From the NCBI GenBank assembly GCA_963743815.1, contig CAVURB010000014.1, positions 261,719 to 325,718 of the forward strand: a stretch of DNA of 64,000 nucleotides, read 5' to 3'. Of this stretch, positions 31,187-39,671 are shown piece after piece (position 1 is the stretch's first letter; every line of letters starts with the position of its first letter). The translations under genes were made by a program, and so were the position numbers. This DNA comes from an uncultured Chloroflexia bacterium. Its GTDB lineage: Bacteria > Chloroflexota > Limnocylindria > Limnocylindrales > CSP1-4. The notes beneath the pieces were generated by a model, which saw only the letters and a list, made by a program, of their open reading frames with translations, was not told the DNA's origin and searched no databases.

Positions 31187-32905
31187 GTGACCGCCACCGG
31201 CGCCACCGATCCCACCGCGCTCATCGAGCTGATCCGCGCCTCCGTCATCGGGGACGACGAGGCAGTCGCGGGCCCGTTCGGCATCCGGCGCGTGACGTAC
31301 GCCGACTACACCGCTTCCGGTCGCGCCCTGACGTTCATCGAGGACTACCTGCGCGACGCGGTACTGCCGCTGTACGCGAACACCCATACGGAGTCGTCGG
31401 GGACCGGCCTGCAGACGAGCCGCTTCCGCGAGGAGGCGCGCCGCATCATCCGGGATGCGGTCGCCGGCACGGATGACCATGCGGTGATCTTCTGCGGCTC
31501 GGGGATGACCGCGGCGATCAACAAGCTCGTCGACATCCTCAACCTGCGCATCCCCAACGACCTCGACGACCGGTACGGACTCCGGGGACACATCCCGCCC
31601 GACGAGCGGCCGGTCGTCTTCATCGGGCCGTACGAGCACCACAGCAACGAGCTGCCGTGGCGGGAATTGATCGCGGACGTGATCACCATCGGCGAGGACG
31701 CCGACGGACGGATCGACCTCGCTCGCCTGGAGCGAGCGCTGGAGGAGACCGCCGGTCGCGAGCTCCGCATCGGGTCGTTCTCCGCGGCCTCGAACGTGAC
31801 CGGGATCCTGTCCGACACCCGTGCGATCTCGATCCTGCTCCATCAGCACGGCGCGCTCTCGTTCTGGGACTTCGCGGCGGCCGGACCGTACGTGGAGATC
31901 GAGATGACGCCGCATCGGCCGGGTCCGTCCGCGGAACTCGACTACAAGGATGCGATCGTGCTCTCGCCGCACAAGTTCATCGGCGGGCCAGGGACGCCGG
32001 GCGTGCTCGTCGGTCGTCGCGAGCTGTTCCGCAACCGGGTCCCGGCCGCGCCCGGCGGCGGGACGGTGCTCTACGTGAACCCCCTCGAGCACGTCTACCT
32101 CGCCGACCCGGAGCACCGCGAGGAGGGCGGCACCCCGGCGATCGTGGAATTGATCCGGGCGGGCCTCGCGTTCTGGCTCAAGGAACAGGTCGGCAGCGAG
32201 GCGATCCGGGAGCGCGAGGAGGCGCTCATCCAGCGCGCGATCGCGGCCTGGGAGCAGGAACCCGCGGTCGGGATCCTGGGGAGCCCGACCCTTCCGCGAC
32301 TCTCGATCGTGTCCTTCACGGTCCGCCATGACGGCCGCTATCTGCACCACAATCTCGTGGTCGCGATCCTCAACGACCTGCTCGGTATCCAGTCACGGGG
32401 TGGATGCTCATGCGCCGGACCCTATGGGCACCGACTCCTGGGGATCGACATCGAGACGTCGCATGCGTTCGAACGGGAGATCTCGCGCGGCTGTGAAGGG
32501 ATCAAGCCCGGCTGGGTCCGGGTGAACTTCAACTACTTCATCAGCGAGGCCGTGTTCGATTTCCTGGTCCGTGCCGTGGCCCTCGTCGCACGTGAGGGAT
32601 GGCGACTGACGCCGTGGTACCGGTTCGAGCCGGCCTCCGGGCTGTGGCGTCACTCGGCAGGGGCCCCGGAACCGCCGCTGTCCCTCCACGACATCACCGT
32701 GGGTCCCGGCGGCCTCACGTACCCGGCGCACCGCCATCGTGAACCGGAGTCACGCCTCGCTGGATACCTGGCGGAGGCGGAGCGCATCCTGGCCGACCCG
32801 GTGGCCGCCCTCGGCCCGCCGCCGACCGTCGAGCCGACCGTCGTCGATGACGACTTCGAGGACCTGCGCTGGTTCTGGTTGCCCGAGGAGATCGCCGTTC
32901 AGTAG
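31187..32905 (+). CDS. class-V aminotransferase-fold PLP enzyme (cysteine desulfurase-like, long form)
   Basis: Intact 572 aa: YADYTASGRAL..YANTHTESS..FCGSGMTAAINK..FSAASNVTG..SPHKFIGGPGTPGVL (PLP lysine). Confidence 0.75.
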   Translation: MTATGATDPTALIELIRASVIGDDEAVAGPFGIRRVTYADYTASGRALTFIEDYLRDAVLPLYANTHTESSGTGLQTSRFREEARRIIRDAVAGTDDHAVIFCGSGMTAAINKLVDILNLRIPNDLDDRYGLRGHIPPDERPVVFIGPYEHHSNELPWRELIADVITIGEDADGRIDLARLERALEETAGRELRIGSFSAASNVTGILSDTRAISILLHQHGALSFWDFAAAGPYVEIEMTPHRPGPSAELDYKDAIVLSPHKFIGGPGTPGVLVGRRELFRNRVPAAPGGGTVLYVNPLEHVYLADPEHREEGGTPAIVELIRAGLAFWLKEQVGSEAIREREEALIQRAIAAWEQEPAVGILGSPTLPRLSIVSFTVRHDGRYLHHNLVVAILNDLLGIQSRGGCSCAGPYGHRLLGIDIETSHAFEREISRGCEGIKPGWVRVNFNYFISEAVFDFLVRAVALVAREGWRLTPWYRFEPASGLWRHSAGAPEPPLSLHDITVGPGGLTYPAHRHREPESRLAGYLAEAERILADPVAALGPPPTVEPTVVDDDFEDLRWFWLPEEIAVQ

Positions 32906-33576
32906 CGGCGGCCGCGCTGGCGCTCCAGGTCGAACGTGGCGGTGTCCGCCACTGCCATGACAGCCATGGTGCCCGCCTGGACCGGGTCGCTGACCACGAG
33001 GTCCACGTGATCGGTGATGGAACCGACCATGTTGAGCGCGATGATCGGGATGCCGACTGCACGGAGCTCGTCGGCGGCGACGCTGATATCGCCACCCATG
33101 ATCGAGCCCGCGAGGACCAGCAGGCGGGCGCGCGGCAGGTCCGCGACGGCCCGGACGGCGGCGGCGATCGCGGGTTCGCCCACGAGTGGGATGGTGTCCA
33201 CGGAGATCCGCTCGCCGCGCAGGTTGTGTCGGTCCGCCTCGCTCACCGCGCCGAGGGCGACCTGCGCCACCTGCGCTCCGCCACCCACCACGATGATCCG
33301 CTTGCCGAAGATGCTGCCGAGCGCCTGCGTTCGGTGGATCGCGCGGACGTCGTCGATCGACTCGAGCGCGGCGACGAGCGCATCCTCGCTGACGCCCTCT
33401 ACCTCGAGCTCGATCTCGACCAGTGGCGGGGTCGCCTCGATGGGGCGCACCGTGGCGAGCGTCCGGATCCGGCCACCGATCGCCGCGGTCGATGACGTGA
33501 TGGCGGAGATCGCTTCCGCCGAATCCACCACGTCGAACCGGATCGCGGCGGTATCGGTCGTGCGTCGTCGGGGCAT
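32899..33576 (-). CDS. ACT-like N-terminal domain plus Rossmann-like domain protein (family uncertain)
   Basis: Taken from the ATG at 33576 (the track ORF extends to 33651). It has an ACT-like segment (RFDVVDSAEAISAITSSTAAIGGRIRTL..IELEVEGVSEDALVAALESIDDVRAI) and then GKRIIVVGGGAQVAQVALGAV...LVLAGSIMGGDI. Confidence 0.5.
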   Translation of the reverse strand: MPRRRTTDTAAIRFDVVDSAEAISAITSSTAAIGGRIRTLATVRPIEATPPLVEIELEVEGVSEDALVAALESIDDVRAIHRTQALGSIFGKRIIVVGGGAQVAQVALGAVSEADRHNLRGERISVDTIPLVGEPAIAAAVRAVADLPRARLLVLAGSIMGGDISVAADELRAVGIPIIALNMVGSITDHVDLVVSDPVQAGTMAVMAVADTATFDLERQRGRRY

Positions 33577-33607
33577 CGGCGTGGCTGTCGGCAGGGGTGC
33601 CTGGACG

Positions 33608-33895
33608 TCAGCCCAGGGAGCCGCGGCCGGCCGCGCCGGGTCGCAGGTCACCCACCGTCATCGCCTCGGGTTCCATCCCGCCGGTGGGATCGTGCTCCTC
33701 GAAGGCGAGCACGAGCGCGCCGAACGCCTCGCGCGTGGCGGCCGGGTCCGAGGTCGTGAGCATCAGGGCGCCATCGGTATCCTCGGCCACGCCGACGATC
33801 CCGGTGATGTTCACGCCGCGCTCGGCCAGGGCCGTGGCGACGCGGGCGAGCGACCCGGGCGCATCGTCGAGCTGGACCGTGAACCAGACCGTCAC
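33608..33895 (-). CDS. ACT-domain protein
   Basis: 95 aa: VWFTVQLDDAPGSLARVATALAERGVNITGIVGVAEDTDGALMLTTSDP, a typical ACT beta-alpha-beta-beta-alpha-beta signature. Confidence 0.6.
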   Translation of the reverse strand: MTVWFTVQLDDAPGSLARVATALAERGVNITGIVGVAEDTDGALMLTTSDPAATREAFGALVLAFEEHDPTGGMEPEAMTVGDLRPGAAGRGSLG

Positions 33896-33897
33896 GC

Positions 33898-34425
33898 GTG
33901 TACCTCCGAACGTGTGACGTCGATGGTACCCGGTCGCCGCGCTACGCTACGGTCGTGGTCGATCGTCTGCCCGACAACGTGTATCTCGCCATCGGCGAGG
34001 TGCTGACCCATCCGCGCTTCCATCCGATCCATCGGCGGTTGTATCGCTGGACCGGCGGGCGGGGTCCGGTGAGTCGCGCCCTCGGGATGGACATGATCCT
34101 GGTCACGGCGCGCGGCCGGCGGAGCGGCACGGAGCGAACGGTCCCGCTGGCTGCTGTCCCGGATCGGGGGGCGTGGGTCGTCGTCGGGTCGAACGCGGGC
34201 AAGACCCAGGCCCCGGCCTGGATCCACAACCTGCGCGAGGACCCCGACGTCCTTGTCGAACACCGGGGAGGGACCGGCGCCTTCCGGGCGCGTGAGGCGG
34301 CGGGGGATGACCTCGAGCGACTGTGGGCGCTCGTCATCGGGGCCTATCCGGGCTTCGGTGTCTACCGCGACCGGACCACTCGACAGGTCCCGGTGTTCGT
34401 CCTCGAACCCATGGCCAGGGACTGA
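33898..34425 (+). CDS. F420H2-dependent quinone/nitro-reductase family protein (Ddn-like); start uncertain
   Basis: HRRLYRWTGGRG..ILVTARGRRSGTERTVPLAAVPDRGAWVVVGSNAGKTQAPAWIHNLREDPDVLV..., the PF04075-type pattern. The annotated start sits only 2 nt from the divergent ACT gene, so the true start is probably later. Confidence 0.7.
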   Translation: MYLRTCDVDGTRSPRYATVVVDRLPDNVYLAIGEVLTHPRFHPIHRRLYRWTGGRGPVSRALGMDMILVTARGRRSGTERTVPLAAVPDRGAWVVVGSNAGKTQAPAWIHNLREDPDVLVEHRGGTGAFRAREAAGDDLERLWALVIGAYPGFGVYRDRTTRQVPVFVLEPMARD

Positions 34426-34428
34426 TCC

Positions 34429-34833
34429 GTGCCTGCTCCGCTCGGCAAGGTTCCCACGAAGAAGATGCCCGACATCCAGGTCTTCGGCACCGACGACTCA
34501 TCGGCCACGCGGGCCGCCCAGCGGTTCTTCCGGGAGCGGCGGATCGTGGTGCACTACGTGGACCTGCGCAAGCGCCCGATCGCCCCGGCCGAATTGCGCC
34601 GGTTCGTGGCTCGGCTGGGTGCGAGGGCGGTGCTGGACGACACCTCGAAGGCGTACCGCGACGCCGGATTGGGCTACCTCGCCCTCGACGACGCCGGCAT
34701 CGTGGACCGACTTCTTCGCGATGCCCGCCTGCTCCGGCTTCCGCTGGTCCGGCACGGGAACGAGGTGACCGTCGGCCAGGCCGAGGCGATCTGGGCAGCG
34801 TGGCTCAAGCTTCCGGGCGGCGGCGGGCGCTGA
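34429..34833 (+). CDS. ArsC/Spx/YffB-family protein lacking the N-terminal catalytic cysteine
   Basis: IQVFGTDDSSATRAAQRFFRERRIVVHYVDLRKRPIAPAELRRF... aligns to the IYGIxNCDTxKKAxxWL type start, but Ser replaces the Cys. The likely start is the ATG at 34465. Confidence 0.55.
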   Translation: MPAPLGKVPTKKMPDIQVFGTDDSSATRAAQRFFRERRIVVHYVDLRKRPIAPAELRRFVARLGARAVLDDTSKAYRDAGLGYLALDDAGIVDRLLRDARLLRLPLVRHGNEVTVGQAEAIWAAWLKLPGGGGR

Positions 34834-35002
34834 CGGCGATCGCCACCCCGACCGCGATCAGGACGGCGCCGATGATCGCCCATCGAACGTCGTCGATCAT
34901 GAAGCTCGAGCCGCGCAGGAGGCCGATGCCCTGGCCGACCCACACCAGGCCCACCGCGACGAGCGCGAGGGCGACGATCAGGCGTCCGCGCATGGGTCCC
35001 AC
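34805..35002 (-). CDS. small two-helix membrane protein (65 aa)
   Basis: RLIVALALVAVGLVWVGQGIGLL and WAIIGAVLIAVGVAIAV. Short ORF with no family recognised. Confidence 0.4.
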   Translation of the reverse strand: MGPMRGRLIVALALVAVGLVWVGQGIGLLRGSSFMIDDVRWAIIGAVLIAVGVAIAVSARRRPEA

Positions 35003-35023
35003 GTGGGTGGCATGCTAACGGGC

Positions 35024-35825
35024 ATGGCTGACGACGACCTCGCGACCGGGACACGACGCGCCGGGCGCATGCGGGTGACGCCGACCGGGGCCGACCGGAT
35101 GCACCGAGACGGCACCACGACGGAGGACGAGAAGCTGCTCGTCCGTCGGCCATCGCCGGCGTTCCTCGACACCGATCCCTGGCGGGCCCTGCGCATCCTG
35201 TCCGAATTCGTGGACGGCTTCGATGCGATGGCGGCAGTCGGACGGGCGGTGACGGTCTTCGGTTCGGCCCGCACGCAGCCCGGCTCTCCCAACTACGAGC
35301 TTGCCCGCACGATCGGGCGCAAGCTGGCCGAGGCCGGGTATGCCGTCATCACCGGCGGCGGGCCCGGGACGATGGAGGCCGCCAATCGTGGCTGCCGCGA
35401 GGGTGGCGGCCTGTCGGTGGGCTGCAACATCGAGCTGCCGCACGAGCAATCGCTCAACACGTACGTGGACCTCGGCGTCGAGTTCCGCTACTTCTTCGCC
35501 CGCAAGGTGATGTTCGTGAAGTACGCAGACGGGTTCGTCATCCTCCCAGGTGGTTTCGGGACGATGGACGAGCTGTTCGAGGCCCTGACCCTGATCCAGA
35601 CCGGCAAGGTGCGGCACTTCCCGGTGGTGCTGGTTGGATCGGCGTACTGGTCGGGGTTGCTCGACTGGATCCGCAAGACGCTGCTCGCGGACGGCATGGT
35701 CGCGGCGGCCGACCTGGACCTGTTCCAGATCACCGACGACCCCGACGAAGTCGTGGCGATCCTGAAGGCGTACTCCGATGGCCCGGAGGCCGACCGGCCG
35801 ACGCGCGGAGGCGGACCTGCGCTGA
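35024..35825 (+). CDS. LOG-family (TIGR00730, lysine-decarboxylase-like) phosphoribohydrolase; the stop needs a frame correction
   Basis: VTVFGSART..AVITGGGPGTMEAANRG..YFFARKVMF..ILPGGFGTMDELFEALTLIQTGK. No in-frame stop is present. The TGA at 35823-35825 is in the +1 frame, inside a hairpin arm. Confidence 0.75.
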
Positions 35826-35839
35826 CGGGGCGTCAGCGC
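35819..35839. terminator. perfect hairpin GCGCTGACG-GGG-CGTCAGCGC between convergent genes (bidirectional terminator candidate)
   Basis: 9-bp stem and 3-nt loop. The arms contain TGA (35823-35825, plus strand) and TCA (35833-35835, a minus-strand TGA). Confidence 0.55.
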
Positions 35840-36319
35840 GGGGAGGGCGACCTCGATGTGGCCGTCCACGATGCGCACCGGGTAGTAGCGGAAGCGCCGG
35901 ATCCGCGTCAGCCGGCGCGCCTCGGCCTTCTTGCCGGGCGGGTCCACCTTCGGATCTCGACCGGCAGGAGACCAGGTCGGGTGGTACACGCCATCGGGAT
36001 CGAGGCCGCCGGTCGTCGGCATCCGGGCGGCATCGCCACTGGCGAGGTCGAACCGGCCCTCGTGCAGCGGACACGCCACGATGCAGCCGTCGAGCTCCCC
36101 GATGGAGAGCGGTGCGGCCATGTGCGGGCAGCGGTCGTCCGTCGCGAAGATGCCTCGGTCGGTATGGGCGAGCAGGATGTCGAGGTCGCCACGCGTCACC
36201 CGGCGCATCGCGCCCTCTGGGAGCTCGTCGACGGACAGCACTCGCTCGAACGCCGGATCCTCGGGCGGAACACCGGAGGCCAGGAGCCGAGGAGGGAACG
36301 GCGCCGGAGTCAGGGGCAT
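35833..36319 (-). CDS. Rieske [2Fe-2S] ferredoxin-like protein; the stop needs a frame correction
   Basis: CPHMAAPL...CPLHEGRF Rieske motifs, then RYYPVRIVDGHIEVALP and the hairpin. Removing one C from the CTCCCC run would give VALPR*. The start overlaps the stop of the upstream MFS gene by 10 nt. Confidence 0.7.
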
Positions 36320-38094
36320 GCAGGGAATCCTAGCGCCCGCCCGTCGCGAACCGTTAGTCGGCGGTCGGCGCCGGCTTCGGCGCCGGTCCGCGCCGCGTTC
36401 GACGCCGCCGCCTGGGCAGCGACCTGTGCGGCGGCCTGCGGCACCTCGTTCGAGGATCGCAACGGGATCTCCTTGATGGCGATCGCCGCGACGAATGCCG
36501 CGATGGAGCCCGCGACGCCCAGCCAGAAGGTCTGTGCCGTCGCAAGGCTGAAGGCGCCATGGATGCCGGTGACCATCGCGTCGATGAACGGCGTGATCGC
36601 CTCCTGGAACTGCAGCGGGATCGCCGCCAGGATCGCCTGGCCGAGATCGCCGACGCCGGTCAGCCGGCTCAGGTCGAAGGAGCCGCCGCCGGTTGCCTGC
36701 GTGAACCCATCCACGACGGGCTGGGGGACGCCCGAGGCGATCATCTGGGGCACGAGTTCCTCTTCGAAGGTCGCTGCGAAGATCGTCCCGACGAAGGCCA
36801 GTGCGATCGTCCCGCCGATCTGCCGGAAGAAGGTCAGGTTCGAGGTAGCCACCCCGAGCTCATGGAATGGCACGGCGTTCTGGATGACGATCGTGAAGAC
36901 CGAGAACGTCGGCCCGACGCCCAGGCCCGCGAGGAGCATCCACAGCCACACGACCGGGACCGGCGTGTCCTTCGTCAGCTGGGTCATGAGCAGCGTGGCA
37001 AAGCCCATCAGCGCGATGGACCCGACGAGCAGCCACTTGTAGCGCCCGGTCCGGGATACGGCGATCCCCGACGCGATGGAGCTGGCGATCAGTCCGACGA
37101 CGAGCGGCAGGATCGCCAGGCCGGAGTCCGTGGGCGAGAAGCCCTCGACCACCTGGAACCAGCGCGGCAGGAAGACGACCGCGCCGAAGAAGGCGAACGA
37201 GGCGAAGAAGGTCGAGACGATCGATGCCGAATAGGTCCGGCTGCGCCACAGGTGCAGCGGCACGATCGGCTCCTTGGCGCGCGATTCCGCGACGAGGAAG
37301 ACCAGGCTGCCGATGATGCCGATGAGGATGAACCCACCGACAGTCGGATCGCTCCACTCACCGAACTGCTTGTTCGTGAGTCCGACGAGCAGGAAGCTGA
37401 TCGCGAACGTGAAGATCGCGCCACCGAGGATGTCGAAGTTGCGCGTGGCCCGATCATTCTTGACGGTGGGCAGCAGGCGCTGGATGACGAGGAGCGCGAC
37501 GATCCCGATCGGGATGTTGACGTAGAAGATCCAGTGCCAGCCGAAGTTCTCCGTCAGGAACCCGCCCAGGAGCGGGCCGACCACGAAGGCGATCCCGAAG
37601 ACGGCCCCGAACAGACCCTGGTACTTGCCGCGCTCCTTCGGGGTGAACAGGTCGCCGATGATCGCCAGCGCCACCGGGAAGAGCGCGCCGGCGCCGATGC
37701 CCTGGATGCCTCGGAAGGCGATAAGCATCCCCATGTTCTGGCTGAGGCCGGACAGCGCCGATCCGGCGAGGAAGAGGACGATGCCGAGCATGTAGATCGG
37801 CTTGCGACCGTAGACGTCCGAGAGCTTGCCCCAGAACGGGACGCTGATCGTGCTGGTGAGCAGGTAGATGGTGATGGCCCAGACGTAGTAGTCGTTGCCC
37901 GACAGATCCGTCACGATCGTGGGCAGGGCCGGGCTGACGATGGTCTGGTCGAGCGCGCCGAGGAACAGCCCGAGCATGACCGCGAAGAGGATCTCCATCT
38001 TCTGGCGGTGGCTCAGGCCAAGTGCGGGATCCTCCTCGAGCGAGGGGACGTAGTCGTCGTGGGCGGCGGGGATCGTGTCCATCCTGGTGTTCAA
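36310..38094 (-). CDS. MFS transporter, DHA2 (EmrB/QacA, 14-TMS) family
   Basis: Intact 594 aa: FLGALDQTIVSPALPTI..WGKLSDVYGRKP..GIQGIGAGALFP, with many hydrophobic segments. Confidence 0.85.
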   Translation of the reverse strand: MNTRMDTIPAAHDDYVPSLEEDPALGLSHRQKMEILFAVMLGLFLGALDQTIVSPALPTIVTDLSGNDYYVWAITIYLLTSTISVPFWGKLSDVYGRKPIYMLGIVLFLAGSALSGLSQNMGMLIAFRGIQGIGAGALFPVALAIIGDLFTPKERGKYQGLFGAVFGIAFVVGPLLGGFLTENFGWHWIFYVNIPIGIVALLVIQRLLPTVKNDRATRNFDILGGAIFTFAISFLLVGLTNKQFGEWSDPTVGGFILIGIIGSLVFLVAESRAKEPIVPLHLWRSRTYSASIVSTFFASFAFFGAVVFLPRWFQVVEGFSPTDSGLAILPLVVGLIASSIASGIAVSRTGRYKWLLVGSIALMGFATLLMTQLTKDTPVPVVWLWMLLAGLGVGPTFSVFTIVIQNAVPFHELGVATSNLTFFRQIGGTIALAFVGTIFAATFEEELVPQMIASGVPQPVVDGFTQATGGGSFDLSRLTGVGDLGQAILAAIPLQFQEAITPFIDAMVTGIHGAFSLATAQTFWLGVAGSIAAFVAAIAIKEIPLRSSNEVPQAAAQVAAQAAASNAARTGAEAGADRRLTVRDGRALGFPACP

Positions 38095-38591
38095 GCCCTC
38101 CGGCGCTCGGCGGTGTGGTCGTGATCGGTGGCGCCGGGGACGGCGGCCACGGCCGCAAGGGCGTCACGAAGGTCGGATGTAGCGCGGGCGATGCCACCGA
38201 GCTGGTCCGGGTCCAGCCGATCCAGGACGGTACGCAGGGTCTCCGCGCGGAGCACTTCGACGTCATCGATGAGCTTTCGACCACCGTCCGTGAGGCGCAC
38301 GAGGACGACACGACGATCGTCCGGGACCCGTAGACGTTCGACGAAGCCGCGCTCTTCCATCCGGTCGATGAGACCGGTGGCGTTCGAGAGCGAGATGTCG
38401 ATCATCTCGGCGAGGCGGCTCATCGGCATGTCGCCGTGGCGGTCCAGCATCGACATCACGTGGAGCTGGGACATGCTCACACCCATGCGCAACAGGCGCT
38501 CACTGCCGATGCAGCGCAACTCCGCCATCGCCGACTTGAAGTCCGCGATGATACGGTCCTTGAGTTGCGCGTCGACGACGATGGTTCGCAT
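38091..38591 (-). CDS. MarR-family transcriptional regulator
   Basis: Start at the ATG at 38591. MSQLHVMSMLDRHGDMPMSRLAEMIDISLSNATGLIDRMEERGFVERLRVPDDRRVVLVRLTDGG (winged HTH). Its stop overlaps the MFS start by 4 nt. Confidence 0.85.
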   Translation of the reverse strand: MRTIVVDAQLKDRIIADFKSAMAELRCIGSERLLRMGVSMSQLHVMSMLDRHGDMPMSRLAEMIDISLSNATGLIDRMEERGFVERLRVPDDRRVVLVRLTDGGRKLIDDVEVLRAETLRTVLDRLDPDQLGGIARATSDLRDALAAVAAVPGATDHDHTAERRRA

Positions 38592-38601
38592 GAGGTGAAT
38601 T

Positions 38602-38621
38602 ATCATACCCACCTTGATGAT
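38602..38621. promoter_or_regulatory. inverted repeat ATCAT-10nt-ATGAT in the AT-richer marR / LLM divergent intergenic region
   Basis: The 70-nt gap 38592-38660 is visibly less GC-rich than its surroundings, and the palindrome sits at its centre. It is a candidate MarR operator. Confidence 0.35.
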
Positions 38622-38660
38622 GCTGTCAAACACGACCATCGAGTCCAGCGGGAGGATCGG

Positions 38661-39647
38661 ATGCGTTTCGTTCTGATGACCGAGCCCCAGCAGGGGATGA
38701 GCTACGCCGATCACCTCGCGATCACGAAGCGGGCCGAGGCGAACGGATTCGAGGCGTTCTTCCGCGCCGACCACTTCGCGAGTTTCCCTGGGGCTCCAGG
38801 GCAGCCGACGACGGATGCCTGGACGATCCTCGCCGGCCTGGCTCGTGAGACCCAGCGGATCGGCCTCGGTGTCCTCGTGTCGCCGGTGACCTTCCGGCAC
38901 CCGGGGACCTTCGCCAAGGTCGTGACGACCGTGGACGAGATGAGCGGCGGCCGGATCGAGGTCGGGGTCGGCGCGGGATGGAACGACCTGGAGCATCGGG
39001 AGCTCGGCCTGGCCTTCCCTGGGATCAAGGAGCGGGCGGACCTCATGGAGGACCAGCTCGCCATCCTTCACGGCCTGTGGGGCGAGCCGGACGGCTGGAC
39101 CTATGACGGCCTCACCGGGATCCGGGTGGAGGGGTCCTTGTTCCGACCGCGGCCGGTGGAGGTGCCCGGAAGGCCCTCGACCCCGATCGGGGGTGTCCGG
39201 CCAAGGATCATCGTCGGTGGCCAGGGTTCGCCGCGGTCATTCCGCCTGGCCGCCAAGTACGCGGACGAGTTCAACCTCTCGTCGTCGTCACCCGCCCGAG
39301 CCGCCGAGATCGGCGAGCAGCTGGATGCCGCCTGCGTCGCGATCGGGCGCGATCCGTCGACCCTGCTGCACTCGACGATGGCCGGGGTCCTGATCGGACG
39401 TGACGCGGACGAGATCGCCACGCGCGAACGGAACCTGCTGGCGAGCTTCGGCGACGACGCCGACGACGGCGAGGCGTGGCTCGAGGAACGGCGGACTCGT
39501 TGGGTCTACGGTCTGCCCGACGACGCCCGCGCACAGATCGAGCGCTTCGCCGCCGCGGGGATCGAGCGGATCATGCTCCAGGACTTCCTGCCTTGGGACC
39601 TCGACATGGTCGATGTCATGGGCGAGGAGCTCGTCGGCCGCGTCTAA
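38661..39647 (+). CDS. LLM-class F420-dependent oxidoreductase (Rv1855c-like)
   Basis: ATG at 38661 follows GGGAGGA. MRFVLMTEPQQGMSYADHLAITKRAEANGFEAFFRADHF..GRIEVGVGAGW... Intact 328 aa. Confidence 0.75.
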   Translation: MRFVLMTEPQQGMSYADHLAITKRAEANGFEAFFRADHFASFPGAPGQPTTDAWTILAGLARETQRIGLGVLVSPVTFRHPGTFAKVVTTVDEMSGGRIEVGVGAGWNDLEHRELGLAFPGIKERADLMEDQLAILHGLWGEPDGWTYDGLTGIRVEGSLFRPRPVEVPGRPSTPIGGVRPRIIVGGQGSPRSFRLAAKYADEFNLSSSSPARAAEIGEQLDAACVAIGRDPSTLLHSTMAGVLIGRDADEIATRERNLLASFGDDADDGEAWLEERRTRWVYGLPDDARAQIERFAAAGIERIMLQDFLPWDLDMVDVMGEELVGRV

Positions 39648-39671
39648 GGTCAGGGCGCCGTTCCGGTGGGG

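Noticed and set aside
35003-37042. 679-aa LOG ORF and 434-aa Rieske ORF (35015..36319) as genuinely extended proteins
   Set aside because: Beyond the hairpin at 35819-35839, each continues antisense through the other gene or the MFS gene with no sensible sequence. Missing stops caused by single-base indels are more parsimonious.
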